Source: an uncultured Methanomassiliicoccales archaeon
GTDB taxonomy: Archaea > Thermoplasmatota > Thermoplasmata > Methanomassiliicoccales > UBA472
Assembly: GCA_963695345.1 (NCBI GenBank)
Contig: OY968769.1
Location: forward strand, 1,760,001-1,824,000
DNA: 64,000 nucleotides
Reading direction: 5' to 3'
Position numbers and translations under genes: made by a program
In this document: one piece after another, positions 50,400-63,338 of the stretch
How the letters are laid out: every line of letters begins with the position of its first letter
How positions within the stretch are numbered: the stretch's first letter is position 1
Notes under the pieces: model-generated
Database searches by the model: none
What the model saw: only the letters and a program-made list of their open reading frames with translations
Told to the model about the DNA's origin: nothing

Positions 50400-50579
50400 C
50401 CTCTGGTCACGCTGTGGTTGTGATGGCTGTGGTTAAGGGCGAACGGTATTAAACATTTTTCTAGCTGGCTCTCGCCAAAATGACAATAAATGGCAACAGA
50501 TGGTCAAAATAATTGACACTATGCTTTCAATTAACTTGAGAATCTGCCGTTTGTTTGCGGTTTCATCGGGGGAGGGAGC

Positions 50580-51071
50580 TTACTTTCCGCGGTGGCGGGC
50601 TTGCTTCTCCCCCTCACTATTGTCGTCAAAATTGGGGATGAACTTGAATGGGTCCTTGATCAAGCTCAGGATAACGTAGGTATTGGTCTTCTTGACCCCG
50701 GGGATGGTCAGCATCCCCTTCACGACATTGCTGAACTCTTCCCTGGACCGGCAGGCCACCCAGGCGATCGCATCGCATTCACCGGTAACATCGAAGACCG
50801 CCACTATGTTCTTCAGGTCGGTGATCCGGCGCTCCACTTCGACCAGGTCTCCTTCTACATAGATATGGACGATGGCCATGAACTCGTATCCGAGTCGCAT
50901 GTAGTCGACGTTGGCACGATAGCCCTTGACGATCCCCTGCTCCTCAAGGTTCTTGATCCTCTGGATCAAGGTGGTCGGGTGGATCCCCAGTCTTTTCGCT
51001 ATCTGGCGGTAGGATCCCTGGCTCGAGGTGCAGATCTCCTCAACGATGCGCTTGTCCAAATCGTCCAACAT
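50580..51071 (-). CDS. Lrp/AsnC transcriptional regulator
   Basis: LDDLDKRI HTH, GIVKGY, VTGECD RAM domain. Confidence 0.93.
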   Translation of the reverse strand: MLDDLDKRIVEEICTSSQGSYRQIAKRLGIHPTTLIQRIKNLEEQGIVKGYRANVDYMRLGYEFMAIVHIYVEGDLVEVERRITDLKNIVAVFDVTGECDAIAWVACRSREEFSNVVKGMLTIPGVKKTNTYVILSLIKDPFKFIPNFDDNSEGEKQARHRGK

Positions 51072-51289
51072 GGTGCTGACCAGTCCCGAATCGTGGTCCG
51101 CTTTCGCGATGCTCAGAAATGTCTTGCTAGATATATGTCGGTTTGCATGACCACACAGTAATCATTTATCTAGCATTTTATTCCTTAAAGAATTCGCCTT
51201 GGTCGATTAAGACACAAGGCCGATCTATAAGAAAGACAGGTTCTCTGATTGAGAACGTTTATCAACGCGCTCATGGTTTTCAGAGTCGT

Positions 51290-52477
51290 ATGACGGTTCG
51301 CCTGTATGAAAAGGATCCATACTGTTCTCGTTTCGACGCCAACGTGGTCAGCATCAATGGGGACTGGATCGCCTTGGACGGAACATATTTCTATCCCGGG
51401 GGCGGCGGGCAGGAACCAGACCGCGGAACGATAGATGGCCTGGCCGTGGTCGAGGTCAAAGCAGATAAGGAATCGGTGAACCACCGGGTGCCTGGCCACA
51501 AGTTCGCGACCGGTCAGGGGGTCCACTGCGAGATCGATTGGGAGAGGAGGTACGACCTCATGAAAGGGCATTCCGGCGAACACCTTCTCTATGGTTCCAT
51601 CCAAAAAGGCCTGGACGAGCTCGAGCTGGTGAAGATATCGATCACCCCGGAAAGGAAGATGGTCATGGTCCGGGGACAGATCGATTGGGACAACATACAG
51701 ACGAGCCAACGGGCGGTGAACGAGGTCATCGCGAGAGGTTTGCCTTCCGAGGACGTTTGGGTGGGGAAGGAAAGCCCTTTGCTGGAAAAGGCCCGGGTCA
51801 AACTGGACAGGATCCATGGTGACCGGATCCGCCTGGTCAGCTTCGGGGACTACGACATCGCGGCCTGCTCCGGGATCCATGTGAGGAACACGTCCGAGAT
51901 CGGAATGCTGCTGGTAACGAGGTTCACCTCGGCGAAACCGGCGGGGGACTACGAGATCGAGTTCGAGGTCGGGAACCAGGCCATGCTCAAGGCGTTGGAA
52001 CTATCCAGCATTGCGCTCCAGGCCTCATCCTCGATGGGCGCGACCACCGAGACCCTGCTCGGCGCGATATCCAACCAATGTGGGGAGCTAGCGGCATCCA
52101 GGGATGCGCTCAGGAAATATGCCCGGGAGGCCTTGGACCGCATCGTTCCGCAGATCGTCGAGGGAATGAAGATCTACAGCGGGGTTTTCAAGGGCATAGA
52201 CAAGAAGGTTCTGATGGATGCGGCCACCTCCATTACTCGGGAGAGCATGTCCCTCTGCGCCTTCGCCACCGAAGGCGACAAACTAACCCTCGTCGTAGCT
52301 TCCAGCCCCGACCTAGGGATTGATTGTTCCGCGGTCCTGAACGACGTACTGAAGAAGGTCTCTGGCAAGGGCGGCGGAAATCGCACATTTGCCACCGGGG
52401 GAGCGCTGGTCTGCGGTCATGCGGATAATCTGGTCGGTGAAGTGGTACAAACCGTCCGCAAATGTCGTGCGGTCTGA
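51290..52477 (+). CDS. AlaX-type tRNA editing protein with C-terminal DHHA1
   Basis: FYPGGGGQEPDRG, HSGEH, CSGIH, GKGGG. Confidence 0.9.
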   Translation: MTVRLYEKDPYCSRFDANVVSINGDWIALDGTYFYPGGGGQEPDRGTIDGLAVVEVKADKESVNHRVPGHKFATGQGVHCEIDWERRYDLMKGHSGEHLLYGSIQKGLDELELVKISITPERKMVMVRGQIDWDNIQTSQRAVNEVIARGLPSEDVWVGKESPLLEKARVKLDRIHGDRIRLVSFGDYDIAACSGIHVRNTSEIGMLLVTRFTSAKPAGDYEIEFEVGNQAMLKALELSSIALQASSSMGATTETLLGAISNQCGELAASRDALRKYAREALDRIVPQIVEGMKIYSGVFKGIDKKVLMDAATSITRESMSLCAFATEGDKLTLVVASSPDLGIDCSAVLNDVLKKVSGKGGGNRTFATGGALVCGHADNLVGEVVQTVRKCRAV

Positions 52478-52541
52478 GTCATTCTCCGGTCTCTGACATT
52501 GAAAGGGAAAGAACCATATTCGACTACTCCGAGTATATGTC

Positions 52542-53892
52542 ATGACCGAAGGCCCGCGGAATTCGGAATTGAAGGAAGAGATAGTCAGGAAGATCAAGGA
52601 AGATGACGTGAAGTTCATCGAAATGCAGTTCTCGGACATACTCGGTACGGTAAAGAGCGTTTCCATCCCTACCACCCACATTGACCGGGTGATTGAGGAA
52701 GGAGTCTACATTGACGGGTCCTCCATACTCGGATACGCGACGATCGAGGAATCGGACATGAGGGCCATGCCGATACTCGATTCGTTCCAGGTCTATCCAT
52801 GGACGATGGACGGTCCCTTGAGGACCGCTCGGTTCATGTGCACCATCTATGATCACAGCGGCGACCGTTTCAAAGGCGACCCACGCTGGGTCCTGGAGAA
52901 GCTGGTGGCCAAGGTGAAGGAAAGAGGCTATGACTTCAATGTCGGGCCGGAGTTCGAGTTCTTTCTATTCCCGATGGACGATTCGGGATTGCCCATCCGG
53001 AAGCCGTCCGATTCGGGAGGATATTTTGACCTGATGCCCATGGACAGAGGGGAGATGGCCCGCAAGGAGATCATGCTCATGTTCGATCAGATGGGCTATG
53101 AAATGGAAGCATCCCATCACGAGGTAGCTCCGGGCCAGGTCGAGATCGATCTGAGGTATCAGGACGCCCTCACAATGGCGGACCGGGTGCTGACGCTGAA
53201 GTTCGGCATCAAGACCATCGCGGCGCAATATGGCCTCCACGCCACTTTCATGCCGAAACCCGTGCATGGTCTGGCTGGTTCGGGTATGCATGTCCATCAA
53301 TCCATGGCGAACAAAGGTCACAACGCGTTCGACGATCCCGACGGGAAGTTCGGGCTCAGCGAGATGGCCATGAACTATCTGGCCGGACTATTGGTACACT
53401 CCAGGAGCAACTGTGCGGTATCTGGCGTCCCATGTGAATTCCTACAAGAGACTGGTCCCGGGCTATGAGGCTCCCTGCTACATCAGTTGGGCGAACCGGA
53501 ACCGGAGCGCTCTGATCCGCGTGCCGGCCGGCAGAGGCGGACGGACTAGGGTGGAACTGAGGAACCCCGACCCAGCCGGAAATCCGTACCTCCAGTTCGC
53601 GGTCATGCTGGCCTCGGGTCTCGATGGCATCGACCGGCATCTCGAACCTCCTGAACCGGTAGAGAAGGACATCTACAAGATGAACAAGACGGAACGGGCC
53701 AAAAACGGGATCGACAGCCTGCCCATGAATCTCGGGGATGCGATGCAGGTATTCTCCGAGAGCAAGCTCATGAAGGAGACGCTGGGGGACCACATATTCG
53801 AGCACTATGTGCACATCAAGGAGGAGGAATGGGACAACTACCGTACCTGGGTCACCGACTGGGAGGTGGACCGCTACCTGAAGGTCCTGTAA
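52542..53892 (+). CDS. glnA: Glutamine synthetase type I (frameshift near 53418)
   Basis: DGSSI, GPEFEFF, HHEVAPGQ, FMPKP, GSGMH, NSYKRLVPGYEAP, NRSALIR. Confidence 0.97.
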
Positions 53893-54067
53893 CCGGTCGA
53901 TTCGCGGCACCTGTGCGGGATTCACATCTGCCGCCCTTTCGATCCAAGCGACTGACCGGCCGCTTGTAGCTCCATTTACATCTGGACACCCAAAACCATC
54001 AAACGTTCGTCCCGATGCATCTTTGTAAGGATTTTATATACGCTACATAATCACTCACAGGACGTCC

Positions 54068-54460
54068 ATGATGCCAGGAATGGGCCGGGTCAACCCTAGA
54101 CAAATGAAACAGGCTATGCGCAAGATGGGCATAAGCACTGAAGATCTAACCGACGTTCAGGAAATAATCATCCTGACCAAGACCAAGGAGTACATCTTCA
54201 AGGAAGCCGAGGTCACGATAATGACCGTTCAAGGCCAGAAGACATTCCAGGTCGTTGGGGAGCCCGAAGTGAGGCCCAGATCCGCCACAGCGAAGCAGGG
54301 AAATACCACGCTCACCGCACCGGCAGAACCAGGCCTGCCCGAGGAGGACATCACATTGGTGATGGAGCAGACCGGTGCCTCGAGGGAAAAGGCCATCGCA
54401 GCTCTAAAGGCCACCGATGGTCAGCCAGCGGAAGCAATACTGATGATAATGGCAGGGTGA
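54068..54460 (+). CDS. nac: Nascent polypeptide-associated complex protein
   Basis: NPRQMKQAMRKMG, QGQKTFQV, C-terminal UBA domain. Confidence 0.94.
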   Translation: MMPGMGRVNPRQMKQAMRKMGISTEDLTDVQEIIILTKTKEYIFKEAEVTIMTVQGQKTFQVVGEPEVRPRSATAKQGNTTLTAPAEPGLPEEDITLVMEQTGASREKAIAALKATDGQPAEAILMIMAG

Positions 54461-54465
54461 AAAAA

Positions 54466-54684
54466 ATGTGCCTAGCGGTCCCAGGTAAGATTATGAGCAT
54501 CGAGGGTAAGGACGCCGATGTCGATTTCGGGGGTGTCACGAGAAAAGTGAACGTATCCCTGGTGAAGGCAGATGTGGGTGAGTATGTTATCATCCATGCT
54601 GGATTCGCGATCCAAGTGGTCGATCGAGAAGAGGCGGAAGAGACCATCAAGATATGGGAAGAGATGTTGGCCGCCCAATCTTGA
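54466..54684 (+). CDS. hypC: Hydrogenase maturation chaperone HypC
   Basis: MCLAVPGK, VDFGG, IIHAGFAI. Confidence 0.95.
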   Translation: MCLAVPGKIMSIEGKDADVDFGGVTRKVNVSLVKADVGEYVIIHAGFAIQVVDREEAEETIKIWEEMLAAQS

Positions 54685-54906
54685 GGGCGTAACGATCCCT
54701 TCTAGTACGCCCGGACAGCGATATAGTATATTTTTTCTGATGCTTTCGCCACGAAACCTTTATGGTTGATTGGCGGCAATTACAATCTCCAAGGTTGTCA
54801 AGGGCGTGCTCGCAAGCTTAAAGTTTGATCGATTCAAGTGCAATTGCCAGTTACAACGCTCTGTCCTGACCGGCAAGGGGTAACCCAATCAAAGGAGACA
54901 ATAAAA

Positions 54907-55617
54907 ATGAGGTCAGTCTACGATGTGAAATCGAGCGAATCCGGTTGCGGTCTAGGCGTTGACCCCATATGTCGGGGTCCGAAGGTCTGCAATTTCAATT
55001 GCAGCTATTGCCGACTGGGAAGGGGTGGAATGATGGTCACGCAACGTAGCAAGTTCGTGGCCGAACAGGACCTGGCCAATGATTTCATGGAACACATCAA
55101 TGTCTCCGATGTCGACCACATCACATTCCGTGGGACGGGAGAGCCTCTTCTGGCCGAGAACCTGGGTGAAATCGTAGGAGCGCTGCGTAAGCTCACCGAC
55201 AAGAAGATGTCAGTGATAACCAACTGCAGCCTTCTGAACGAGGACGACGCTCTCGCCGAGATACTCAAGTTCGACATCATCATCGCGAAGATCGATGCCG
55301 CCACCGAGGCCACCTTCCAGAAAGTGAACCGGCCTTGCGGCGTCATTCATATCAACGACGTGGTTTCTGGAGCCAGAAGGGTCAGGGACACGTTCAAGGG
55401 AGATTTCCGCGTGAAGACCACGCTGATCGGTCACAATATTGGTGAGATCAACGAGATTGCCGAGACGATAAGCAACCTTGACCCCAAGATCGTCTATATC
55501 GACAGGCCCACAATGCCCAACACCGGCAGGCAACTGACCAAGAAGGACCTCGAAGCCATCGAGAGGGCTTTCCGCGGAATGGATGCGGTATTCGAGGAAC
55601 CTGGGTTGACCCACTAA
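54907..55617 (+). CDS. Radical SAM protein (TYW1-like Fe-S oxidoreductase family)
   Basis: CNFNCSYC, GTGEPLL, ITNCSLL, KIDA. Confidence 0.85.
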   Translation: MRSVYDVKSSESGCGLGVDPICRGPKVCNFNCSYCRLGRGGMMVTQRSKFVAEQDLANDFMEHINVSDVDHITFRGTGEPLLAENLGEIVGALRKLTDKKMSVITNCSLLNEDDALAEILKFDIIIAKIDAATEATFQKVNRPCGVIHINDVVSGARRVRDTFKGDFRVKTTLIGHNIGEINEIAETISNLDPKIVYIDRPTMPNTGRQLTKKDLEAIERAFRGMDAVFEEPGLTH

Positions 55618-55697
55618 GGTCCTTCTCGCATCCAGTTTCTTACATCCAACGCAATCGAAAAAGGGTGACGGTTAAAAGGTTTGAAAGTTGGGGCCGA

Positions 55698-56642
55698 TCA
55701 CATCTGGCTGAGCTTGATCAGCTCTCCCCATTTCTTATCGACATTGGCCTGGATCTCATCGATCACCGGTGACCATTTGTCCTTCAGGAGGTGGCCGAAA
55801 CGTCCCTGGGATTTGATCCATTCCATGACCGGGCGCTTCTCCTTCTTCCCTTCGGCGATCCTCTTGCTCTCTCCGGTCAGGCTCCAATTCCCCTTTTCGA
55901 ACTCGTAGAGGGGCCATATGCAGGTCTCTACCGCCAGCCTGGAGATCTCAACGGTCAATGCCGGGTCGAACCTCCAGCCGCGAGGACATGGGGTGATCAC
56001 GTTCATGAACGCCGGACCTCCGCATTCCAGTCCCTTCTTTGCCTTTTCCATCAGGTCCTTCCAGTTGTGGGGGGATGCCTGGGCGGCGTAGGGGAGGTCA
56101 TGGGCGATGATGATCCGCGTGAGGTCCTTGGGGAACTCTTTCTTTCCCGGGATGCAGGACCCTGCCGGGCAGGTGGTCGTCTGGGCTCCCCTTCCGGTCG
56201 CCCCGGACCTCTGGATGCCCGTGTTCATGTAGGCCTCGTTGTTCAGGCAGACATAGAGGAAACGGTGTCCCCTCTCGATCGCACCCGATAGTGCCTGGAA
56301 TCCGATATCGTAGGTGGCGCCATCCCCGCCGAAGGCCAGGAAGTTTATTTCCTCGGTTATCTTGCCCTTCCTCTTCAACGCCAGATATGTGGCTTCGACG
56401 CCGCCGATCGATGCCGGGGCGTTCTCGAAGGCACTGTGTATCCATGGCACGTTCCATGAGGTATACGGATAGATCGTGGTCGAGACCTCGAAGCAACCGG
56501 TGGCGTTGGACACGATGACCGGTTTCTTGCTGGCCATCAGTATTTGCCGGGCAACTATGGATTCGGAGCATCCGGCGCAGAGACGGTGACCCTCGGTCAG
56601 GCGCTCTTCGGAATGCGATAGCTCTTTCAGCGTGAAGCTCAC
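55698..56642 (-). CDS. porB: Pyruvate:ferredoxin oxidoreductase beta subunit
   Basis: GHRLCAGC, GGDGATYDIG, NEAYMNTG, PCPRGW. Confidence 0.93.
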   Translation of the reverse strand: MSFTLKELSHSEERLTEGHRLCAGCSESIVARQILMASKKPVIVSNATGCFEVSTTIYPYTSWNVPWIHSAFENAPASIGGVEATYLALKRKGKITEEINFLAFGGDGATYDIGFQALSGAIERGHRFLYVCLNNEAYMNTGIQRSGATGRGAQTTTCPAGSCIPGKKEFPKDLTRIIIAHDLPYAAQASPHNWKDLMEKAKKGLECGGPAFMNVITPCPRGWRFDPALTVEISRLAVETCIWPLYEFEKGNWSLTGESKRIAEGKKEKRPVMEWIKSQGRFGHLLKDKWSPVIDEIQANVDKKWGELIKLSQM

Positions 56643-57799
56643 GGACGCACCCCCAGGTAGTTGATCATGTCATGGTCTTTCGTCATCAGCTGCTTGTACA
56701 CTCCCTTCAGCTCATCGATCTTGACGTCCCTTCCTCCCAGGCCATAGACATAGTTCGCTATGTCTGGACGGTCCACGGAATCGTACAGTGCGGTGCGCAC
56801 CTCCGGGAACATCGGCCCTGAGGACCCAGTGCTTATCGCGCGGTCCATAACGGCCACTCCCTTCTTGCCTTCCAGCATTTCCTTGACCTCATCGAACGGG
56901 AAGGGCCTGAACAGGCGCAGCTTGATCGAGCCGACCTTCTTGCCCTCATGCCTCAGCTCGTCGACCACATGGCGTAGAGTACCTGCGGTTGACCCCAATG
57001 CCATTATGACGTAGTCAGCATCCTCGGTCATGTATCCCTCAATGATGCTGTGCTCTCGGCCGGAGATCTTGGCGTAGTCCTTCTGGACCTGCTTGACCAC
57101 CGGTTTGGCGCGCTTCATGGCCTCCATGACCTGAAATTTGTGCTCGAAATAATAGTCCGTCTGCGAGAACGGCCCGTAGGTAGTTGGGTTCTTCAGGTCC
57201 AGAAGCGGCCTGATCGCCTCATACGGTCCGACGAAGTCCTTGACGACCTTGGTGTCGAGCGTTTCCAGGCGCTCCAGCGCGTGGGTGACTATGAAACCGT
57301 CGATGCAGGTCATTATGGGCAGGCGAATGCCGGAATGCTCCGCGATCTTGAACGACATTATCGTGTTGTCGTAGGCTTCCTGGACGTTCTCTCCGAATAA
57401 CTGGATCCACCCGGTGTCCCTGGCGCCCATGGCATCACTGTGGTCGCACTGGATATTGATCGGTCCGCTCAGCGCCCGGTTGGCCACCGACATGCAGATG
57501 GGAAGCCTCATCGCGGAGGCGATCCAAAGAACCTCCCACATATAGGCCAGTCCTGCCGATGCGGTCGCCGTCGCCACTCTGCCTCCGGCAGCGGAGGCGC
57601 CAATGCACAATGACATCGCGCTGTGTTCCGACTCGGCGCAGACGTATTCGGTGTTAACCTCTCCGTTGGCTACGAACTCGGCGAAGTTCTCCACTATGAT
57701 GGTTTGCGGAGTGATCGGATAGGACGCGACGACGTCCGGGTCGATCTGTCTCCAAGCATGTGCTATGGCCATGTCCCCGTTCAACGCAATCGGTTCCAT
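56639..57799 (-). CDS. porA: Pyruvate:ferredoxin oxidoreductase alpha subunit
   Basis: YPITPQT, ESEHSA, NRALSGP, FRPFP, YGLGGRD. Confidence 0.93.
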   Translation of the reverse strand: MEPIALNGDMAIAHAWRQIDPDVVASYPITPQTIIVENFAEFVANGEVNTEYVCAESEHSAMSLCIGASAAGGRVATATASAGLAYMWEVLWIASAMRLPICMSVANRALSGPINIQCDHSDAMGARDTGWIQLFGENVQEAYDNTIMSFKIAEHSGIRLPIMTCIDGFIVTHALERLETLDTKVVKDFVGPYEAIRPLLDLKNPTTYGPFSQTDYYFEHKFQVMEAMKRAKPVVKQVQKDYAKISGREHSIIEGYMTEDADYVIMALGSTAGTLRHVVDELRHEGKKVGSIKLRLFRPFPFDEVKEMLEGKKGVAVMDRAISTGSSGPMFPEVRTALYDSVDRPDIANYVYGLGGRDVKIDELKGVYKQLMTKDHDMINYLGVRP

Positions 57800-58080
57800 T
57801 ACGCTCCCTCCTCCTTCATGGTGATGGCTTTGACCGGACACTGGTTGGCGCAGATGCCGCAGCCTTTGCAGTGTGAGTACTTGAAGCCCTTCATCTGCTC
57901 GTCCTCGACGATGACACTGTTGTCCGGGCAGTAGATCCAGCAGAAAAGGCAGTTGGTGCATTTCGCCTTGTCTACCTCCGGTCTCTTCGACCTCCAGTCA
58001 CCCGTCTTATACTCTCTGGCGTTGCCTGCCTCGCATATCATCGCGCCAGGTTCCAGTTCCTTTGAGCTCTTCTCCGCCAT
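57799..58080 (-). CDS. porD: Pyruvate:ferredoxin oxidoreductase delta subunit
   Basis: TGDWR, CTNCLFCWIYCP, CKGCGICANQCP. Confidence 0.93.
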   Translation of the reverse strand: MAEKSSKELEPGAMICEAGNAREYKTGDWRSKRPEVDKAKCTNCLFCWIYCPDNSVIVEDEQMKGFKYSHCKGCGICANQCPVKAITMKEEGA

Positions 58081-58081
58081 T

Positions 58082-58643
58082 TCAGTCCACCTCCTCGAAT
58101 GCCCTTTCGACGGCCTTGACGTTCTTCGCGATGACCTCTTCCTTGAACTTGCCAGTGAATTTCGCCCTAAGCTCTTCCGTGACAGTCTTCAGGCTTACTA
58201 CATTCGAGACCTTGACCAGCGCACCCAACATGGCGGTGTTGGTCATCGGCCTCCCGAGCTCATCCAGCGCTATCTTGGTGGCGTTGACCGCATGGATGTC
58301 CGCTTCGCTGCCTATCTTCATCTTGAGCTTGTCCTTTCCGTCTGGATAGTTCGCTATGACAGATCCCGTTCTGCTTGAGCCCATCCAGCACGTTGACGAC
58401 GCCGATCAGCGTGGGGTCGATCACGACCACCACATCGGGATAGTAAACCTGACTATGAACAACGATCGGCTCTTCCGATATGCGGGCGAACGCCCTGATG
58501 GGTGCCCCCATCCTTTCCGGACCGAACTCCGGGAACGCTTTGATATACTTGCCCTCCTTCAGTGCGGCTCCAGCCAAGATCTCGTTTGCTGTAACGACAC
58601 CTTGTCCGCCCCTGCCGTGCCATCGTATCTCAATGGTTTTCAC
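58082..58643 (-). CDS. porC: Pyruvate:ferredoxin oxidoreductase gamma subunit (frameshift near 58360)
   Basis: [27 protein letters not shown]. Confidence 0.92.
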
Positions 58644-59141
58644 TTCAACGCCCTCGCAGGATACTGAAAAATAACATGATATTTAATCATTTCACTTATT
58701 CAATTACGAAAGACAATAAATTCATTGCGAATAATGGTATAAATGCTCATTGTTGACCTAACAATTTCGAAAATAGCTCTGAATAGCGAAGTCACCCTTC
58801 GATTATCGAATATGAAATTATGGAATAATGTCACATGGCATGCAATGGCATAGCTTGGCCCATCTTGAATCTCGGGCGGAATCAGAAGAACCGCCTAGTC
58901 CTCCTCGGCGTTGAATTAATATTTCAACCTAACAATTCTTAGTGCAGAAGGTCGTTCCTGTCTCGATCGGCAGTTCGTCCAGCGTTGGTTCGGAGTTCCT
59001 ACCGAACCACGATTGTTTTTCTTACCAAAATAACAATGTTCTCGGAAAACTTAATAGCCATTGCGCTTATTGCGAACTGGCGAGCGGGACGGACATTCGG
59101 TCCCATGAGTCCAAATCCGTTCTTGAAAGGGGGACGAAACA

Positions 59142-61471
<2,330 letters not shown>

Positions 61472-61528
61472 GCGCTCCCCGATAAAACCCCTTCCTCAAT
61501 GTTTTAAGAAGAATAGTCTGCCAATGTT

Positions 61529-62335
61529 CTAGACATTGGTCTCGTCCTTCATGAACCTGGTGGTTATCTCGATCAATGGATGGTGTGAGCCATCGATGAT
61601 CTTGACATCGTCGAGGGTATGCAGGTCCCGTTCGTCGGCCGAGCGTTCCAGGCCGAGCTCGACATCGACGCTCGGTTCCAAGACGAAGGCAGTGAACTGC
61701 CTCACGCCCATCTTCTTCGAAGCCAACGCCCGGTGGTGTCCGTCCACCAGGATGTAATGGTCATGTTTCTGGACTACGATGATCGGCTCCACCAGTCCGC
61801 GCTTGATCTCCTCCATCCGCCCGAACAGCTCGTCGGCGTAGACCTCGTGCTGGGTCGGTCTGAGCTCCTCTATTGGGATCAGGCGCCTCTTGACCACGAT
61901 GGTGATATTGTGCTTGGATTCCAGGAAGTTCTTGATCATGTTGACCTTGTTCGGTGTCGCCCTTTCGATGTGCGAACGAACAATGTCAAGGTTCGAGATG
62001 ATTCCGATAAGAACGCCTTTCTCGTCGACCACCGGAACGTTCCTCAACCCATGCCGGAACAGGACACGCGCGGCGTCGTCCAGGTCCATCTGGGGGTTAA
62101 CGCTGACGGTGCCCTTCTTGATGATGTTGCGAACGAGCTCCTTCGGGCGGTTCGCGTTCCGGAGCAGTTCCTTGGCGGTAATGAACCCGATGAGGCGGCC
62201 ATTCTCGGTGACCGGCAGCCCGTGGAACTCGGTGGAGATGAGCTTAGCGGTCGTCTGGGCGACCGTATAACCACCAGGGATCTCGATGACGTCCCTGACC
62301 ATATAGTCCTCTACTCTGAGTTTTCGTTCTGCCAT
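61529..62335 (-). CDS. CBS-pair plus ParB/sulfiredoxin-like domain protein
   Basis: Two CBS motifs (HGLPV, RNVPVVD) followed by LRPTQ...EPIIV...LVDGHHR. Confidence 0.87.
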   Translation of the reverse strand: MAERKLRVEDYMVRDVIEIPGGYTVAQTTAKLISTEFHGLPVTENGRLIGFITAKELLRNANRPKELVRNIIKKGTVSVNPQMDLDDAARVLFRHGLRNVPVVDEKGVLIGIISNLDIVRSHIERATPNKVNMIKNFLESKHNITIVVKRRLIPIEELRPTQHEVYADELFGRMEEIKRGLVEPIIVVQKHDHYILVDGHHRALASKKMGVRQFTAFVLEPSVDVELGLERSADERDLHTLDDVKIIDGSHHPLIEITTRFMKDETNV

Positions 62336-62498
62336 GACATTACCATCCTTCTGCCTCAAGCAGTGCCTGCAAAGAATGATGGGTACAATAATAATCTTTT
62401 CCGGACCGGCATCAAATATTTGCCACTTTTGTCCATTCATCTAGACTGAGTCACCTCAAGCCATATATATGACTTATTTATTGTGGAGACCAGCATAA

Positions 62499-62574
62499 GC
62501 CCCGGTAGTGTAGCGGCCTATCATCCTAGCCTGTCGAGCTAGGGACTCGGGTCCGAATCCCGACCGGGGCGCCA
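62499..62574 (+). tRNA. tRNA-Asp(GUC)
   Basis: GCCCCGG/CCGGGGC acceptor stem, CTAGC-CTGTCGA-GCTAG anticodon arm, G discriminator, encoded CCA; TATA-like ATATATAT about 30 nt upstream. Confidence 0.93.
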
Positions 62575-62695
62575 TGCTCAATTTTATCGCCCTCATTCCT
62601 CTCAAACGGATTTTCCTGGAATTGGTATCAATTTCTATAATACCGTATTAACCAACAAATAAACGAGGCCGTGATATTGTCTCGGTTCGATTGAT

Positions 62696-63334
62696 ATGGT
62701 CGTAATTCTAGGCACGCTCGGTCATCACCCGGAGACATTGATGCCCACGATCCGGTCCACGAGGTGCACCGAGGAGGTTGTGGTGTTCCACAGCGATCAT
62801 GAGGACTCCTTGAAAGCGGTGGATGAGATCAGGCGCACCTGCCAGATGATGGAGGTCGCCTTCTCCCCTCGTCTGATACCGGACGCCTTCGACCTGGTCT
62901 CGACGGCCATGGAGATACAGAGGGCGATTGAGGAGCTGCGGACGGCCAACAAGCAGATCGCCGTGTTCAATATCGCTGGCGGCACCAGGATCATGAGCGC
63001 CTCAGCCCTTCTGGTCTGCACCCTGGAGGGATTGAACGCGGTCTATGTCCATGATGATAGCCACAGGGAGATACCGCTGCCACTTCTTCAGATCAAATAT
63101 TCAAATATCCTCACCGACCAGGAAAAGGTGATCCTCCGTTTCCTGCTGGAAAGGAAAGGGAAGGAGGTGACCCAGCGGGACCTGGCGAGCGCGCTGCACT
63201 TGCACAAGGCCACCGTCAACCACCACGTCCAACAGCTTATCGAGAAGGGGGCGGTGCACCTGGAGGAAAAGGCTGGGGACAAGAGGGTCAAGCTCATCAG
63301 GATCGAGGACAGCATGGCGTTGCTGCTCAGGTGA
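62696..63334 (+). CDS. CARF + winged-HTH transcriptional regulator (Csa3/DUF6293-like)
   Basis: GTLG..P motif I, FNIAGGTR motif II, TQRDLASALHLHKATVNHHVQQL wHTH. Confidence 0.82.
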   Translation: MVVILGTLGHHPETLMPTIRSTRCTEEVVVFHSDHEDSLKAVDEIRRTCQMMEVAFSPRLIPDAFDLVSTAMEIQRAIEELRTANKQIAVFNIAGGTRIMSASALLVCTLEGLNAVYVHDDSHREIPLPLLQIKYSNILTDQEKVILRFLLERKGKEVTQRDLASALHLHKATVNHHVQQLIEKGAVHLEEKAGDKRVKLIRIEDSMALLLR

Positions 63335-63338
63335 GCAA

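Noticed and set aside
52478-52541. NrpR operator upstream of glnA
   Set aside because: No GGAA-N6-TTCC match.
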